Numbered from the whole stretch's first letter, positions 1 to 12,857 are shown. The stretch: 63,996 nt of DNA, filler included, from Rhabdomonas costata (GCA_019059605.1; 41 parts of 41 records of this genome joined end to end with filler, not necessarily neighbours in it); one strand, 5' to 3'. Notes: generated by a model not told the origin, from the sequence alone. Numbers and translations are program-made.

Positions 1-592
1 GTTGTGTTGTTTGCATGGTGTGTTGGCTTGCGTGACTTTGCGTGGCATTGTCACTGGATTGTGAATTGTGTGGCGCTCACTGGTACGGGATCAATGGATG
101 CTGGGATTTTCCTCACCGAGGATTCATCTAAGGAACCTGTTGAGAACCTGACTAATGAGCTGCAGGTATTTCGGTGTTGTGTTTTTTCGGTTGGAATATT
201 GCGGCCAAAGGCAACTGGCTCAAGCCGAACCGCAGGAAAAGATTTTTTGGGGGGGAATAGGCAAATGACAAGTGCGATGAGCTGGCAAGAGCAAGGAAGA
301 ATCTGTGGCCCACTTCTTTCTCTTTCTCTTGATTGGACGGGCTTCTCCCCGACGGTGCCCAATGGTGTTGTCGCTGTTTTTGCTGTTCCAGAACAGCAAC
401 GCTGAACACTGCTTATTTTTCTTCCCCGAGATTCGATGGGTCAGCAAATATCTTGGGTGAGTTTTACGAAAGCTGGCTGGGGGCGGAATACCTTCTCCTC
501 CTTTATGTCTACTTGACAAGATTTCGGCACTCTGGTGCGACTTATCTTCTTGATTTTCTGTCTGCAATAGTTTTTGCTGTGGGGTATGAGCT

Positions 593-950
593 ATGAGCCT
601 CCTCAGTGGGTTTGTGCTGGCTGCGCTGCTTGGAGTGTTCTTCAGCTCCCCTACCACAGTGAGTTTGCGTCGGAAGGTCACTCCAAGTGGACAGGTCTAC
701 GTCTATGACCAAGTCTCGAAGGCTTGGGTGCAGGACGGGGAGGACCCACAGATGCCCTCTTTGGCAATTGCTGGGCGACGGTTCAATCCTCCACCGCTGC
801 ACAGCTTCCGTGTGAGTGGACTGTCCATTATAGCTCGCCCCGCCGAGCGTTGGGAGGCCCGGGCTCCCGAAGATCGCTCGCACGGGGATACGGGGCGCAC
901 CACATGGGATGCTGCGGTGGTGCTGGCGATGCACCTGGACCACACCAACG
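593..950 (+). CDS. First exon of a METTL21/EEF1AKMT-like (Methyltransf_16) lysine methyltransferase with an N-terminal hydrophobic segment; partial
   Basis: Translation MSLLSGFVLAALLGVFF...DTGRTTWDAAVVLAMHL matches the TG-x2-WDAA-x-VLA-x2-L motif that precedes motif I in this family. Donor G|GTTTGC at 950/951. Confidence 0.7.
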
Positions 951-1465
951 GTTTGCTTTGTGAGTTAGGCGTCATGTGTGCAGTTGTTGTCAGATAGTGC
1001 AGGTGAGAGCGCCACAAAGTTGAAACCTTAAACTTCGTCCAAACATCCACCTGCCACATCGCATGGAGCGGGGCAACTCTTTTCATTCTTGTTTTCTCTG
1101 GTTCACAAACTGGGACTGGGACGAAATGGCGTCTGTTTGCCATGATTCCCATAACCCTCTCGATTATTGGCCAGTGAGAATGACGTTACTTCTCATTGTG
1201 AGACCTTTAATCCCATCCGATGGTTTGCTTTCCCTGAAGAGCTGTAAGTATGGCACGATGACATGCCGGCTACGCTGGAAATGGCTCCTTTTTGACTTCA
1301 TTTCCCATCTCAGGGAAGGGGCGGTCCAGCTGCATATTTGAAGACCCCAGATCTGCTTCGACTTTGCTCGGGGTGAAAAAACTGGAAAAGACTTTATGCG
1401 AATGAGAACATGTTTTCGACCCATTTTGCAGCACATTGGACGTGAAGGGTGCGTTCACACAAACA

Positions 1466-1565
1466 NNNNNNNNNNNNNNNNNNNNNNNNNNNNNNNNNNN
1501 NNNNNNNNNTTAATTAATTAANNNNNNNNNNNNNNNNNNNNNNNNNNNNNNNNNNNNNNNNNNNN
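1466..1565. other. Artificial contig spacer N44-TTAATTAATTAA-N44, first of about 40 copies spaced roughly every 1.56 kb up to 62452-62551
   Basis: An identical 100-nt block recurs throughout. TTAATTAATTAA puts stop codons in all six frames. The contigs between spacers are 1462-1466 nt long, as in a roughly length-sorted concatenation. Confidence 0.99.
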
Positions 1566-3360
1566 TTTTAGTATTAATTATATCTATTTTTGTTTTTATT
1601 TAAATTTAATATCTTTACAAATATTAAATTATTTAATGTCTTGATTCATTACTAATGATATTTTTTTGTAATATTACACATTACAATATCATAACTACAT
1701 TGAAAATTAAAAAATAATAAATGTTATTATTTTTTGATTCATGATTTATATTTATTACAATGAAATCAGTTGATGTTCATTAAAAAATATTATATCTAAT
1801 TTATATACAATGTAATAACTACCATATACACTTACTAAACATATTGTAATTATTGGTAAGAAACTTACTAATTTCGAACATTGCAACACCCCTAGCCGCT
1901 TTCTCCCGGCAAGCTGACGGATTTTTGAGAAACGTCGATAATGCTAAAAAGAAGTGCATAAAAACTGCTACGTTTACGGAGTGGTCGACGGGACTGTTTG
2001 CCAGGTGGCATACACTGCGTGCACGAGGCACAGGCCTTTCTGCATCGCATCTGAATCCCTCCTGCGTCTCGGGGTTGCGAATCACCGCTCCACTATTGGA
2101 CACATTGGATGGAAATCCATGGAAAAATAACCCCAATACCAATGTTCGATGACCCAATCTGGCCCGGAACCCTTGTCCTGCCGAAATCCATTCGTAAAAC
2201 AATGTCAGGTGACGACACAAACAGAGAATAAGAGAATCAGAGAGGTACTCACAGGACCCTTAAGAACCCCTGCAAAGGAGGACGGGCACCTGCGCGTCAA
2301 TCATTGCGGAGCCATTGAAGACCCTCCAACGCTCCGGGAAGGAAGGAGGAATCCGGGAATCCGACTCGCACTCCGCAAACGGATGTTCGTCAGGAAAGCT
2401 GGGGTTGCCCGAGATGTACCTGAAAGGTGGGAGCCGTTTCGAACAAGACAAGGTGGACAGATAAATGATGATGTAAAGGGTTCGCCTCAGTCCCGAGGTG
2501 AAGGATTCCTGAAGGTCATCACCGGTACCAACCCAGGCAGGACAATTTAAACTAGACTATAGGCGGCGCTCCTCTTATGCACCTCGAATCTTCGCAAGTT
2601 GGAACGACCCAACGCTTCGCCCAAACTGACGAGTTTTCAAGGTGAAAGAAGCAGCGGGGTCCCCGTCAAGTGCCTCGATGTTCACACCTCCCATCCACCA
2701 GTGGGGAACTCACCAAAGGATTCCCACCACACACAAAACCAGAGAGGAAGCCGGAAGGCAGCGAAAATACGTCCAAGTGCAATATCCCCCAGATAAATAA
2801 CTGCATGCGCATCTTCTATATTTATGAACCTTTGTGCGTGCATCTGGGAACTCAGATTTCATAGATATCCGGGGACACTCTGTCTGAAGGGTGGATAACA
2901 TCTTCGCACAGCAAGTCACACACCAGGTGCCGTGACTCCAACTGAGAAACACCTTGCCCCCGCCATGCGAGGGGATGCCTGCGGCCCACTCCAGGAGACG
3001 TTGAACCGATAAAGGAAGTAAGCTGACTCNNNNNNNNNNNNNNNNNNNNNNNNNNNNNNNNNNNNNNNNNNNNTTAATTAATTAANNNNNNNNNNNNNNN
3101 NNNNNNNNNNNNNNNNNNNNNNNNNNNNNTTTTTTTTTGGGAACGTTCTCTTCCTCACTCCGTGCAAAGAGAGAAGATGGGCCGGATGTCTCCATATCGG
3201 TGGCCATCAACCGGGCTGTCTTGCGGGAGTGCCAGCAAGCCATTGCAGGGGTCTGATGAGGCGAGAAGAGCCTCAGTTTCGGAAATGAGGCCCATGCCCA
3301 CGTACCACGGGCGGGATGGTTCTGCTGAGAGAGATGCTGGCAGGTGGGCGCCGAGTTCAG

Positions 3361-4350
3361 CTATGGGAATGGGCAAACCAGGTTCAGCATAAGCATCGCC
3401 AGCATGCGGTCGACGAAGGTCTGGTACTCCGCAGTGTGCCCGTAGCGCTTCATGTTCAGCTCCTTCCGAAGCCCTGTGTAGCGATGGATCGAAACAAGGA
3501 GGAGGGTAAAACGGAAGCTCCTTGAAGACGAAGCCCAAAGAAATGGGAAAGGTGTGTTCGCAGAAAAAGTAATGTGGTCCGGGTTGACATCGCCGACTGT
3601 GGCTGACGAAAAAGAGATTATGCTGTGGCCGCACACCCGTTTGAGCTCTGAGAGAGAGAGAGGTGAGTGAGTGTACTCCGAAAGCCCCACAGAGCCACCG
3701 CCGTGGGCGAATTGGAGGAGCAGGGGTGCGTCTCCGTGCACGTATGTGCGGCGATGTGTTGGGCCGATGAGCTGCTCACCAGTGAGGCCATAGTGCATCC
3801 CGTCCGAGCAGCTGTAGTCCCAGTGGAAGGGGAAGGTCATGTCAAAGAAGGGCAGGCCCTGCTCAACAAGCGAAGCGCCAGCGCCGGGGGTGAACGGCGA
3901 GCGCAGCACCTCCAGTTGGGCGGCCTGCAGGGAGCGCAGGCGGAAGTTCAGCCCTGGGGGTCTCAGTGGGCCCGCCCAGGCCCCCGCGGTACGCCACACG
4001 AAAGGAACCCTGCGGTGCCTGCGCCACAGCAGAGAGAAGGGGTGCTGCTTCTGCCTGTCTGTGCATTTCAGCTACGGTCCGGCACCAACCCTCTTATCTG
4101 CAGTCGCTGCATCCCAACATCCACACCAACCCACAATTCCGAATCGCCTTAAGAAGGTACAAAAATATTCTGTGGAGACATGCTGAGTTGTCTTTCCACA
4201 CACGAAGGGCAACGGGAAAGGTCAGGACCTTCCCCGGACAGTCTCCCACTGCCTCACCGCGTGCCTGAGGTTCTGCAGGATCTCGGCGTCGCTAAACGCC
4301 GACCGCACGTCGTGCATCGCGCTGTGCACGAACACCACGTCGGGAACAAC
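3361..4350 (-). CDS. C-terminal three exons of an SGNH-hydrolase / PC-esterase (NXPE/TBL-like) protein
   Basis: Exons 4350-4229, 4018-3780 and 3473-3361 splice in phase with GT-AG introns: VVPDVVFVHSAMHD...VPFVWRTAG...FFDMTFPFHWDYSCSDGMHY...MLAMLMLNLVCPFP*. Contains the PDVV..S..HD block, the catalytic DxxH and a terminal LN..C. The exon-2 donor could lie further downstream. Confidence 0.75.
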
Positions 4351-4832
4351 CTGGGGGGAACCGCGAAAAAAAACGGAAGCTCAAATCGATGACACGGCAA
4401 GCGCTCAAAAAAGCGGATAAGAAAAAGAACAGGGGCTCACAACTAGAATTCTTCCCCCGATCTGGCAAATGTGCTCTACAACTCAAGCCCAGAGTTTCCT
4501 GCTGTTGTACAATTGCCCACCCCCCACGTCTACCACATCCGCCCATCCGCCCAAGGAAAACTCCCAGATTCGGAATACTTCAATACTTCCAGTNNNNNNN
4601 NNNNNNNNNNNNNNNNNNNNNNNNNNNNNNNNNNNNNTTAATTAATTAANNNNNNNNNNNNNNNNNNNNNNNNNNNNNNNNNNNNNNNNNNNNAAACTGT
4701 CTCCTCCTTCCGCAAAGTCGGAAAAACACTGCTTTAAGTGTTTGTCACCGTTGAACTTTTGAAGCTCTCTCAGTTCAAGAAATGAAATTTCTGCCCGAAA
4801 CTGGACTCTTTTTCAAACGTGATCCGTCACAG

Positions 4833-6038
4833 GAGGTCCTGGGGCTATTCTACGACGCCGCGGAGTCCGTGCTTGTGCGATGGCTCGAGGCCTTCCACCG
4901 CGGGGCTGGGCCGCAGCCCCCACGGGCGTTTGTGGGGAGCCTGCTGGAGATGCTTTCGCTGGCCACCCACCACCACTTCAGGATGTTTGGGTACCACCAC
5001 CGGGGCTGTGTGGTGCGGCTGATCGACCTGTACGCTCTGCTATGGCACCGCGAGCCCAGACCCCCCAGCACCGTTCTCGTGGGTATGAACCCAGACACAG
5101 TTACAGACACATTTCGTGGCCATTAGTAGAGACACCAAGGTTGCCGATTTTCTATTACCAGTGGTAAATTTCACCACTTTGCTCCAACCATGAGGCCGAT
5201 GAAACAGCTGGCGATCACGAGAACAAATGCAAAGCAAATTACCCACCGCCCCCAACATCAACGACAACAACGAGCGGGGGTGGTGTGCAGACCTACAGGT
5301 GGATTTTGCCTGGTTGATGGATTGTATCGCTTGTGGGTGGTGCAGCGGTGAACAAGGGGGTGCTGAGTGTGCTGCACCTGGGCGAGCCCGACCTCCACGA
5401 CTACCTGGTGCACAAAGAGCTATTCCGGGACATCCTCAGGCACTTCCGCGAGGGCAACAACCTCCTGACCTCCTCCATCCTCACCCTCCTGCATACCGTC
5501 CTGCAGGTGGTTTTCCTCGCCCTGCCTCCCTAATATGCCTGCTGCCTCTTACCCCGAAGAATCAACACCAATAGGCCTTGCTGGCGGCTTCGGGTTGCAT
5601 CTCTGCGCCTAGCTGCATTCTCCCGCTTCGACACTTTGATCTTTGCCAAAGCTTTGCGGCGGCTGCTGCTTGCCTTTGTGAAAGCCAGCCCAGCAGTTCT
5701 CCTTTTAGGCATGTTACTTCTTGAGTGTGTCGTTATGCAGTTGCCTTGGAGGCCATTTTTGTAGCTCCCTTCTCCTTTCTCCTCCTTGAGCCCTTCTTGT
5801 GTCCTTTTCATTCTTGCTGGCCCAAATGTGTGTAAATTTGTATTGTGTGTTTCGTACTTTCGTATATATTCAGCTTAAGATCGGTTCCCTGATCTCGTAC
5901 ATCAACTGGCTCTGGTTCGAGCACACCCCGGGCACGGCCTCGCCGATGCTGCGCGGCCCCAGCTTTGTGCAGCAGCTGTTCTACGCCCAGCACTGCGCCC
6001 CCGCTGCCTCGGGCGGCGTCGCGGCGGACCCCCCGTAA
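4833..6038 (+). CDS. C-terminal exons of a divergent PP4 regulatory subunit 3 (SMEK/Psy2)-like protein
   Basis: Exons 4833-5082, 5346-5506 and 5874-6038 join in phase. LLEMLSLATHHH, YLVHKELFRDILRHF, NNLLTSSILTLL and KIGSLISYI resemble the PP4R3 motifs LELLSFCVQHH, NLLNSAILELF and IKSLI. Confidence 0.7.
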
Positions 6039-7822
6039 CCACTGGGCCAGTGATACCCGATGTGCCTTGCGGAATCTACCTCCACGGTGAGATCAGAGGT
6101 TCTGAGGTGAAAACCGTTTCGCAATCTGGGGCAAATTGGTCGCATTCCCCCCACACGNNNNNNNNNNNNNNNNNNNNNNNNNNNNNNNNNNNNNNNNNNN
6201 NTTAATTAATTAANNNNNNNNNNNNNNNNNNNNNNNNNNNNNNNNNNNNNNNNNNNNGTTGGTGCAGATGTAGCTTGAACTCGAGACATACCCTGTTGGA
6301 AATGAGGGCAGGCGTGGAAAAGGAGGCAGCAAATACGAGTGTGTAGCCGCAGCGAAGCGGTGTACAATACTTCACGGCTGTCCACTGTGCTCTGACCTCT
6401 GCCCTCCAGCAAGCGGAGCTCCCGTCACTCCAGGATCCCGCACAAGCGGTCTCATTCACTTGTCCTTTTATCCGTTGTCCCTCATCCCGTGCCCTCTGGT
6501 GGGGCAGAAAATGGTAGAAAAAGACACCGCGGGGGAGCTACGTTCTGCACGGGACAAAACCCGCGGCTGGCACAACTTTAAACTTTTCCACAATCTCTGG
6601 AGAAAAAGAAGTCCACGCACAAGCACACCAGATTCGCAGGTGACCCTGCATTTCGTTCCCGAAGGCGCGGGCAGGGCGCACGCGGGGGCCTCGGCATTGT
6701 CCGCTGCGGCGGGCTGGGCCGTGCATGATGAAATGTTCGCTGTGGGAGAAAGCCCAGAAAATCGTGTGGTCGTAGGGAAGTGAAAAGATGGCCCACAACG
6801 CCTGAGTCGTGGAAAGCGATAAAAACCACAAAAAACACAGAGGGCGAAGCCGAAGCAGGCCTGGGGTCTTTTGTATATACAATGGGCCTCCCGAAACGCT
6901 GCGTAGGTCCTTGCACCCTCAAGACGCCCCCCCCCCCTTGCGCCTTGGCCGCATCATTGCCCTTGATTATCGAAGACACTCTGTGCGTGGTCCCTCTCTC
7001 ATCCCCATTTCTCACAGTTCCGATATAGTGATGTGCATGTGAGGTGTGTCCTCGTTTCCTGTGTATGTGACCAGCTGCAGCCGTCCCACCTCAACACTGC
7101 GCTTCACTTCACCGCTGGGCAAGTCTAGCGGAATGAGCTGCAGAGTGTTGTCCCGATAATTTCACCTGTTACTGGAGAACAGTTGCCCACTGGGGCGCCA
7201 TTCACGCTCCACATATTTTTTTCTGTGGTGGTTGCTCTTTCGTTCAACTCCAGGGCGCACGCGAGGGAGAACAAAAGGGCAAAAAGGGACGTCCTCAGGG
7301 AATCACCAAAAACCTTCACACGACAGCAATTGTGCAAAGGGTGGTGTGCGGAACGGTTTCTGTTCCCCCGGCTCACACACAATGTACAATAACCCAATCT
7401 CCCACCCTTACAACATACCGTCACCGCCTCACATCTCTTGTGGCTCTTGTGCTCGTTCTCATCCCGTCCCTCATCTTCAGCTCTAACCGCTCCCGGCCGG
7501 GGGTGGTGTGCGTTTCCCCTGCGCATGGCGCGGGGGCCCAGTCCATCGCCGTGGTGAGCTCCCCCCGCCTCGCCGGAGACCTCTCGCGGATGGTCCGGTC
7601 CTCCTCCGGGGTGTTTTCCTCGGCCTCTGCGACACCCCGAGGTGGGGGGGCTTCCACCCTCTCCGTGGAAACCACCGCCACCCCACACCAGGTCTTCCGC
7701 GGGGGCGCACTACCCAAAAACNNNNNNNNNNNNNNNNNNNNNNNNNNNNNNNNNNNNNNNNNNNNTTAATTAATTAANNNNNNNNNNNNNNNNNNNNNNN
7801 NNNNNNNNNNNNNNNNNNNNNG

Positions 7823-7930
7823 TGTGGTTTCTCAGAGTTTGCAAGTGTTATTTTTGTAATTCGGAAATATTGGTACTAAGAACCATTTCCGAATTACAAA
7901 AATAACACTTGCAAACTCTGAGAAACCACA
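7823..7930. repeat. Perfect 46-bp fold-back inverted repeat at a contig start (amplification chimera)
   Basis: 7823-7868 is the reverse complement of 7885-7930. Confidence 0.95.
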
Positions 7931-10134
7931 GGAAGGCAGAAAAGCACATCGACCACCATGCAACTTCGTTTTTGAATGCGAGGTTGATGCAGTATTGACC
8001 ACACAGCGGCTTTTAGAAATGGTGAGTTACATCCGAAATTCACTTTTCGTATGTTACGAACTTCCAAGCCCCGGAAACGCTCGAAAATGCCGATGAGTTT
8101 GTTTCATGCGAACAAAACGTTTTCCCTTTTGTTTTGGCGTTGTACTGAATTCACTTTAATTGATACTCAGTACAGACGGGGAAAATAGCTGGCCCTTTCT
8201 ATCAAACAATTAAAAACGTCACAGAGCTTCGTAACCGCTGTGTTCAGGATGGTTTCAGATTTCCTGCATTCCCTTCAGTACTTCGTAAGTATTTGGGCGG
8301 AAAGCTTCGTTCGGGAAGAAATCGTTTGGTGCTAAATCCCATTACTCCCAATAACGCCAAATTCACCCGAAACCCCCCCCTCCTTGTGCGCTTCTTCACC
8401 ACGGCTAAAAACAGAAATGGGCCTGCAAAAGGTATTTTCTATCATAAAGCTATTTCGTTCGAGCAAACATACTTACACACAATAAAGAAGAAGCAAGGAA
8501 ACCAAGAGAAAAAGGCGCCCCCGCTTAAGACTGCCACCGACATCAAAGGTGCAAGCGATGTAAAACGCGTTATGAACCTGAGGTGAAGCCTTCCTCCGTG
8601 GCCACCCCAAGCAATGCGGATGCTAAAATCTGCACAGAAAATAAGGAAATGCCCCCAACCCCACAATCAGTTCCACGAGCGCGAAGACAGCCTGGGAGTC
8701 GTAGAGGTGCAAAATGTTGTGCTCGCGTGTGATAAACAGTGATCACAAACCATCCTCTAACCACCGGCCAACCGCTTCTGCCCCGCAGATTTGAACTTAC
8801 CGCAGTAGCATGTGTGCGTCGTGCATCCCCCGACCCAAGGAGGGCTAATGAAAAAGTGTGTTAGAGAAAAGCCGAAACAACCGTGCGTTTGTAACACCAC
8901 TGAGATGTACACACCAGTTGAAGGAAAACGCATTCCAAAACATAGGCCATCGCAGCCATCTTCAACAAAATAGCGCTGCCATTTGTCACACTCCTCTGTG
9001 CAAAAATAATGGCAACACTCGGCAGAAAGACCCACCTGTGCATGGCGTGAAAAAAGCGAAGAACTGCCATAGACCGTGCCCTTAGTGCCAACTCGCAAAC
9101 AAGATACAACCCCCCACACCACACCACCAATTCCTCACCGCGACCCCCTATCCCTTCCACCAACTCTATTTACTTGAAGCCATTCAATCTCTGAAAGTGG
9201 GGAGGCGGTCCGAACTGTAGCACGGGATCCACAAAGCGGAATTCAGGCCACAGACAGATTGTTACAGGCTTTCAAGCAATGAGCCNNNNNNNNNNNNNNN
9301 NNNNNNNNNNNNNNNNNNNNNNNNNNNNNTTAATTAATTAANNNNNNNNNNNNNNNNNNNNNNNNNNNNNNNNNNNNNNNNNNNNTTTTTGGGGTGCTGA
9401 ATAGATTTGTTTTTCTGGGACCCCAACCTTCCGCATTCGAATTGGGCATTTGTGGCCCAGATCCTCGTTCCAACTCCAGGCACAGGCCCCGGAGCAACCT
9501 TCTGCCACTGTGATTCATTGACACGAAGAACCGCATCCACACAGAATCATGAGATCGAAACCACGAGCATCCCGCCCGGAAATGCAAAAGCCTTGGGTTG
9601 GGAGCCGAGTGAGGTTGTTTTAAGATGTTCCTTTTTCAGGGTTACCTTCCGAGGTTGTGGTCTTGTGTATGCAGGGACGTCTGAATCCCCCCCGCAACTC
9701 TTTCCAATTTGCTGGGCTCCTCTGAAAAACTACTGATGGGCTATGGTTAGGGACCCCACTGTCAAACCTCTTGTCTGCCGCTGCTCTCTTTCGTTCCCTG
9801 CTGGGGCACACACAAAATGCAATGTTCCCGCCTCGCGCTTGCTGCAGCTCAATGCGGCTCGCCACTTCTGGAGGCGCCTTTCTCCACTTGCCAACGGGCT
9901 GCCGTCTCCAGGGTCCATAACGGATATCGGCAGTGAACCGAAGTAAGTGGTCCTATCCCCCAGACAATAGACGATTGGTGCAGGTCCGGAAGCCCGCAGA
10001 GGAGGACAGAAGGGTACTGCTGGACGAACGACAAAGAGTGGAGTACACATTAACATACACCATCATACACTCATATCATAGTCGATTTTTGCAGCAAACC
10101 CTCGCAGGCAGGCACGAACACGCGCACGCCACAC

Positions 10135-10355
10135 CGCTATGTCGTCGATCTCGAACAGCAGCACGCAGCCCACGGTGAGGCCGTGGGCCCGGCACACGCT
10201 GTCAACGGTCTGCGCGGAGTGCAGCGAGAGCACGTTCTCGATCACCAGCCCCTGCGGCGGAGGAGCCGTCGCGGACCCGCGCTGCTGCCGCACCGCCTTC
10301 ACCTTGTTGTCCAGCACGTCGGTGTAGGCCGAAAGCTCCCAGTTCCGGTGCACAC
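10135..10355 (-). CDS. Internal exon of a hypothetical protein
   Basis: GC3-rich frame VHRNWELSAYTDVLDNKVKAVRQQ...VGCVLLFEIDDIA bounded by a TAG acceptor and a GTGTGG donor. A possible next phase-0 exon starts at 9952 (DHLLRFTADIRY...). Confidence 0.55.
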
Positions 10356-12513
10356 CTATGTACACCCCCCTCCCATCCGCCTCATTTTCGCACAGCACGA
10401 ATCTCGCACCAAGTTCAATTGGAGGCTGTGCGCAGGTGACTGTTCACCACACGGTGAAAATAAAGCACAACAAGCTGAAGCAGCAGTGTGCAGGAGGCAT
10501 AGACCTTGCATAAAAGGCACAGAAAACGAAACGTACAACACACCGAGAAAGATGATACAGCACGGAGACTTTGTTGCACACTCCCTGGGCAGCGAGCTTT
10601 CTGGAGGCTCTTCAAGTCTTTCAAGCCTCGAATAGTCTACTGTAAAATTCGTGCAGGAGGCATAAACAATAACATCGTGTGTAAGTACAGATGGCAGAGC
10701 TCGCGCAGTCCCGACAGAAGCACCGCAATGGGGCATGGGAAGACCCAACGAGGGCGGGAGAGGGCATAAATAGAAACAAAGCACAACTTCAACAGGTCGG
10801 GACAACCTGCTGACATTGCAAGCACCAGCTGGACAATAATAGAAAAAACNNNNNNNNNNNNNNNNNNNNNNNNNNNNNNNNNNNNNNNNNNNNTTAATTA
10901 ATTAANNNNNNNNNNNNNNNNNNNNNNNNNNNNNNNNNNNNNNNNNNNNGGTGGGGGGGAGTCCTTCCGAGAGATTATAAGCGACCTTGCGGAGGAATTT
11001 GAGTTTCATCAGCCCTTCCTGGAAAACCTCCGGAGGTCCTCTCAGAGCCAAGCGAAGGTTACCGCTTGCTCTCTGGCACCGACAACGAGTTGCCAGTTCA
11101 CCACCCCCCACGAGCCGCAGCTCTTTCAATCGGGACTGGAGCTGCGAGTACAGCGGGCGAGAGAAGTTGTTGGTATCAGCCCAGCGGCCTGCTGGTTTGT
11201 TGAGGGACATGAGTCTGGAAAAGGTCTCGGCCAGGTATGAGCGCCTGCCTTACAGCTTTTTTTTTGCCGTTATTACGCCATTAAGGATGTGATGCTCCTT
11301 GGCCATTTTATTCGTAAGCCAAGTTGCGGGGGAATGGGTCTCCAGTAAACATCAGAAAAAGTTCACTTGCACATCAGCCTCTGTCCTCTGTGGGACGCCC
11401 TCTGGCATCATGGATGCCTACTGCTTCTGCTGTGTTTTTCCTGTGCATAAGTGATGCATCTGTGTTGATTTCTGTTGTCAGGGAGCATGTCAATGTACTC
11501 TATTAGGTGGCAGGTTTGGTTTCACTCACTGTTACAGGTGCTGCCCAACGCTCTTCTTCAGTGGTGGAAAGGCCTGAGGCGGTCCCGCGCCTGGAAGCAA
11601 GTTGAGGTGCGTTCCGGGTTTTTGGGGAACCTCCTGCCGTTACTTTTTCTGCTCAGCCTTTTACCTTTACCACCAAAAACACCTGGCCTGTCTGGATTGT
11701 GGGTCTGAAAAATGACGCACATCAAAACCACACATATAGAATAGGAGTTAGCATTGGCTTGAGGTAGCTTGCCGGTCTTTAAGCGATGCAAGTAGCTGGA
11801 GTGAAGTGGCTTGCTGCTCTTTATGGGATCTCGATGAGATCTATGCTCCCCAGCCATTAGAATTTTTTTCCCTTGATGAATTTTTTCATTCTGTTCGGGT
11901 GACAGATGAGTACGACTTCTCACCCGGATCCCTCTGACGCTTGCAGTCCCTTCTCATGCAGGTGTGCTGTCAAGTATGGTTCTCTTCTTATTCGCTTTGG
12001 ACGCTTCCAGAACCCCTTGCGGCGTTAAACTGCACATGTAAGCCTCCCGATGCCAACGATCAGCAGCTCGATCAGCAGCAGCCCTCCCCTCCAGAAGGTG
12101 AGGATAATAATAACACCCGAACGAAGGGTGCGATGTACAGAGGCTAAGGAGATAGTAAATCCTTTTCCCGAAAAAATTTCCCTCTTCCCACTCTTGATTA
12201 TAAGTGCTCAGTCAGGATACATACCCACCTGTGTTGCCTGTTTCAGGACGTCAGATCGACCCTTCAAGGCAGTCCACTTTGCCGACCCTGAGGTCGCAAA
12301 CATCATTGTTGGAGCGACTCCGTGACCGATCGCCATACAGGAAGTTATATAGAGTTGTTGCGTGGTGGGGAAGACGACGCTCGTACCCCCACCCCCCTTT
12401 TCTTTCCCGAAATNNNNNNNNNNNNNNNNNNNNNNNNNNNNNNNNNNNNNNNNNNNNTTAATTAATTAANNNNNNNNNNNNNNNNNNNNNNNNNNNNNNN
12501 NNNNNNNNNNNNN

Positions 12514-12857
12514 AGGGCCTTGTTGCGGGTGTGGGGCGGGGCAGAGAGTAGCTCCAAGGCGGAGCTGTTGGCTGCCAGAGCCCGGGCATTCAGGAAGCGT
12601 GGGGAGGAGGCGGGGGAGAAGTTCGGATGGAGGGCTGGCAGGACATCGCTGCCAGGGCGTCCCGCAGAGGAGCTCGGGGAGCGCTCGCCCGAAGCATCAG
12701 AGATAGGCCGAGGAAGGGGAGACGGGTCTGCCTGCAAACCACCTCCTGTGTCGAGAGCGGGTGTCTCCGACATCTGGCCTGCACCTACAGCCAGAAACCG
12801 ATGGTCCCCCGGAATGAGAGAGGTGGGGTGGGATGAAGGAGTCCTTGAAAGAAGTGC
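12514..12857 (-). CDS. Ser/Pro-rich exon of a hypothetical protein; partial
   Basis: GC-rich open frame (SETPALDTGGG...ALAANSSALELLSAPP) downstream of a pyrimidine tract ending in CAG. Confidence 0.4.

Noticed and set aside
10950..11900. Possible decayed transposon coding sequence (also 1880-3029 and 37544-39006)
   Set aside because: Broken frames with no RT, integrase or transposase motif I can identify.
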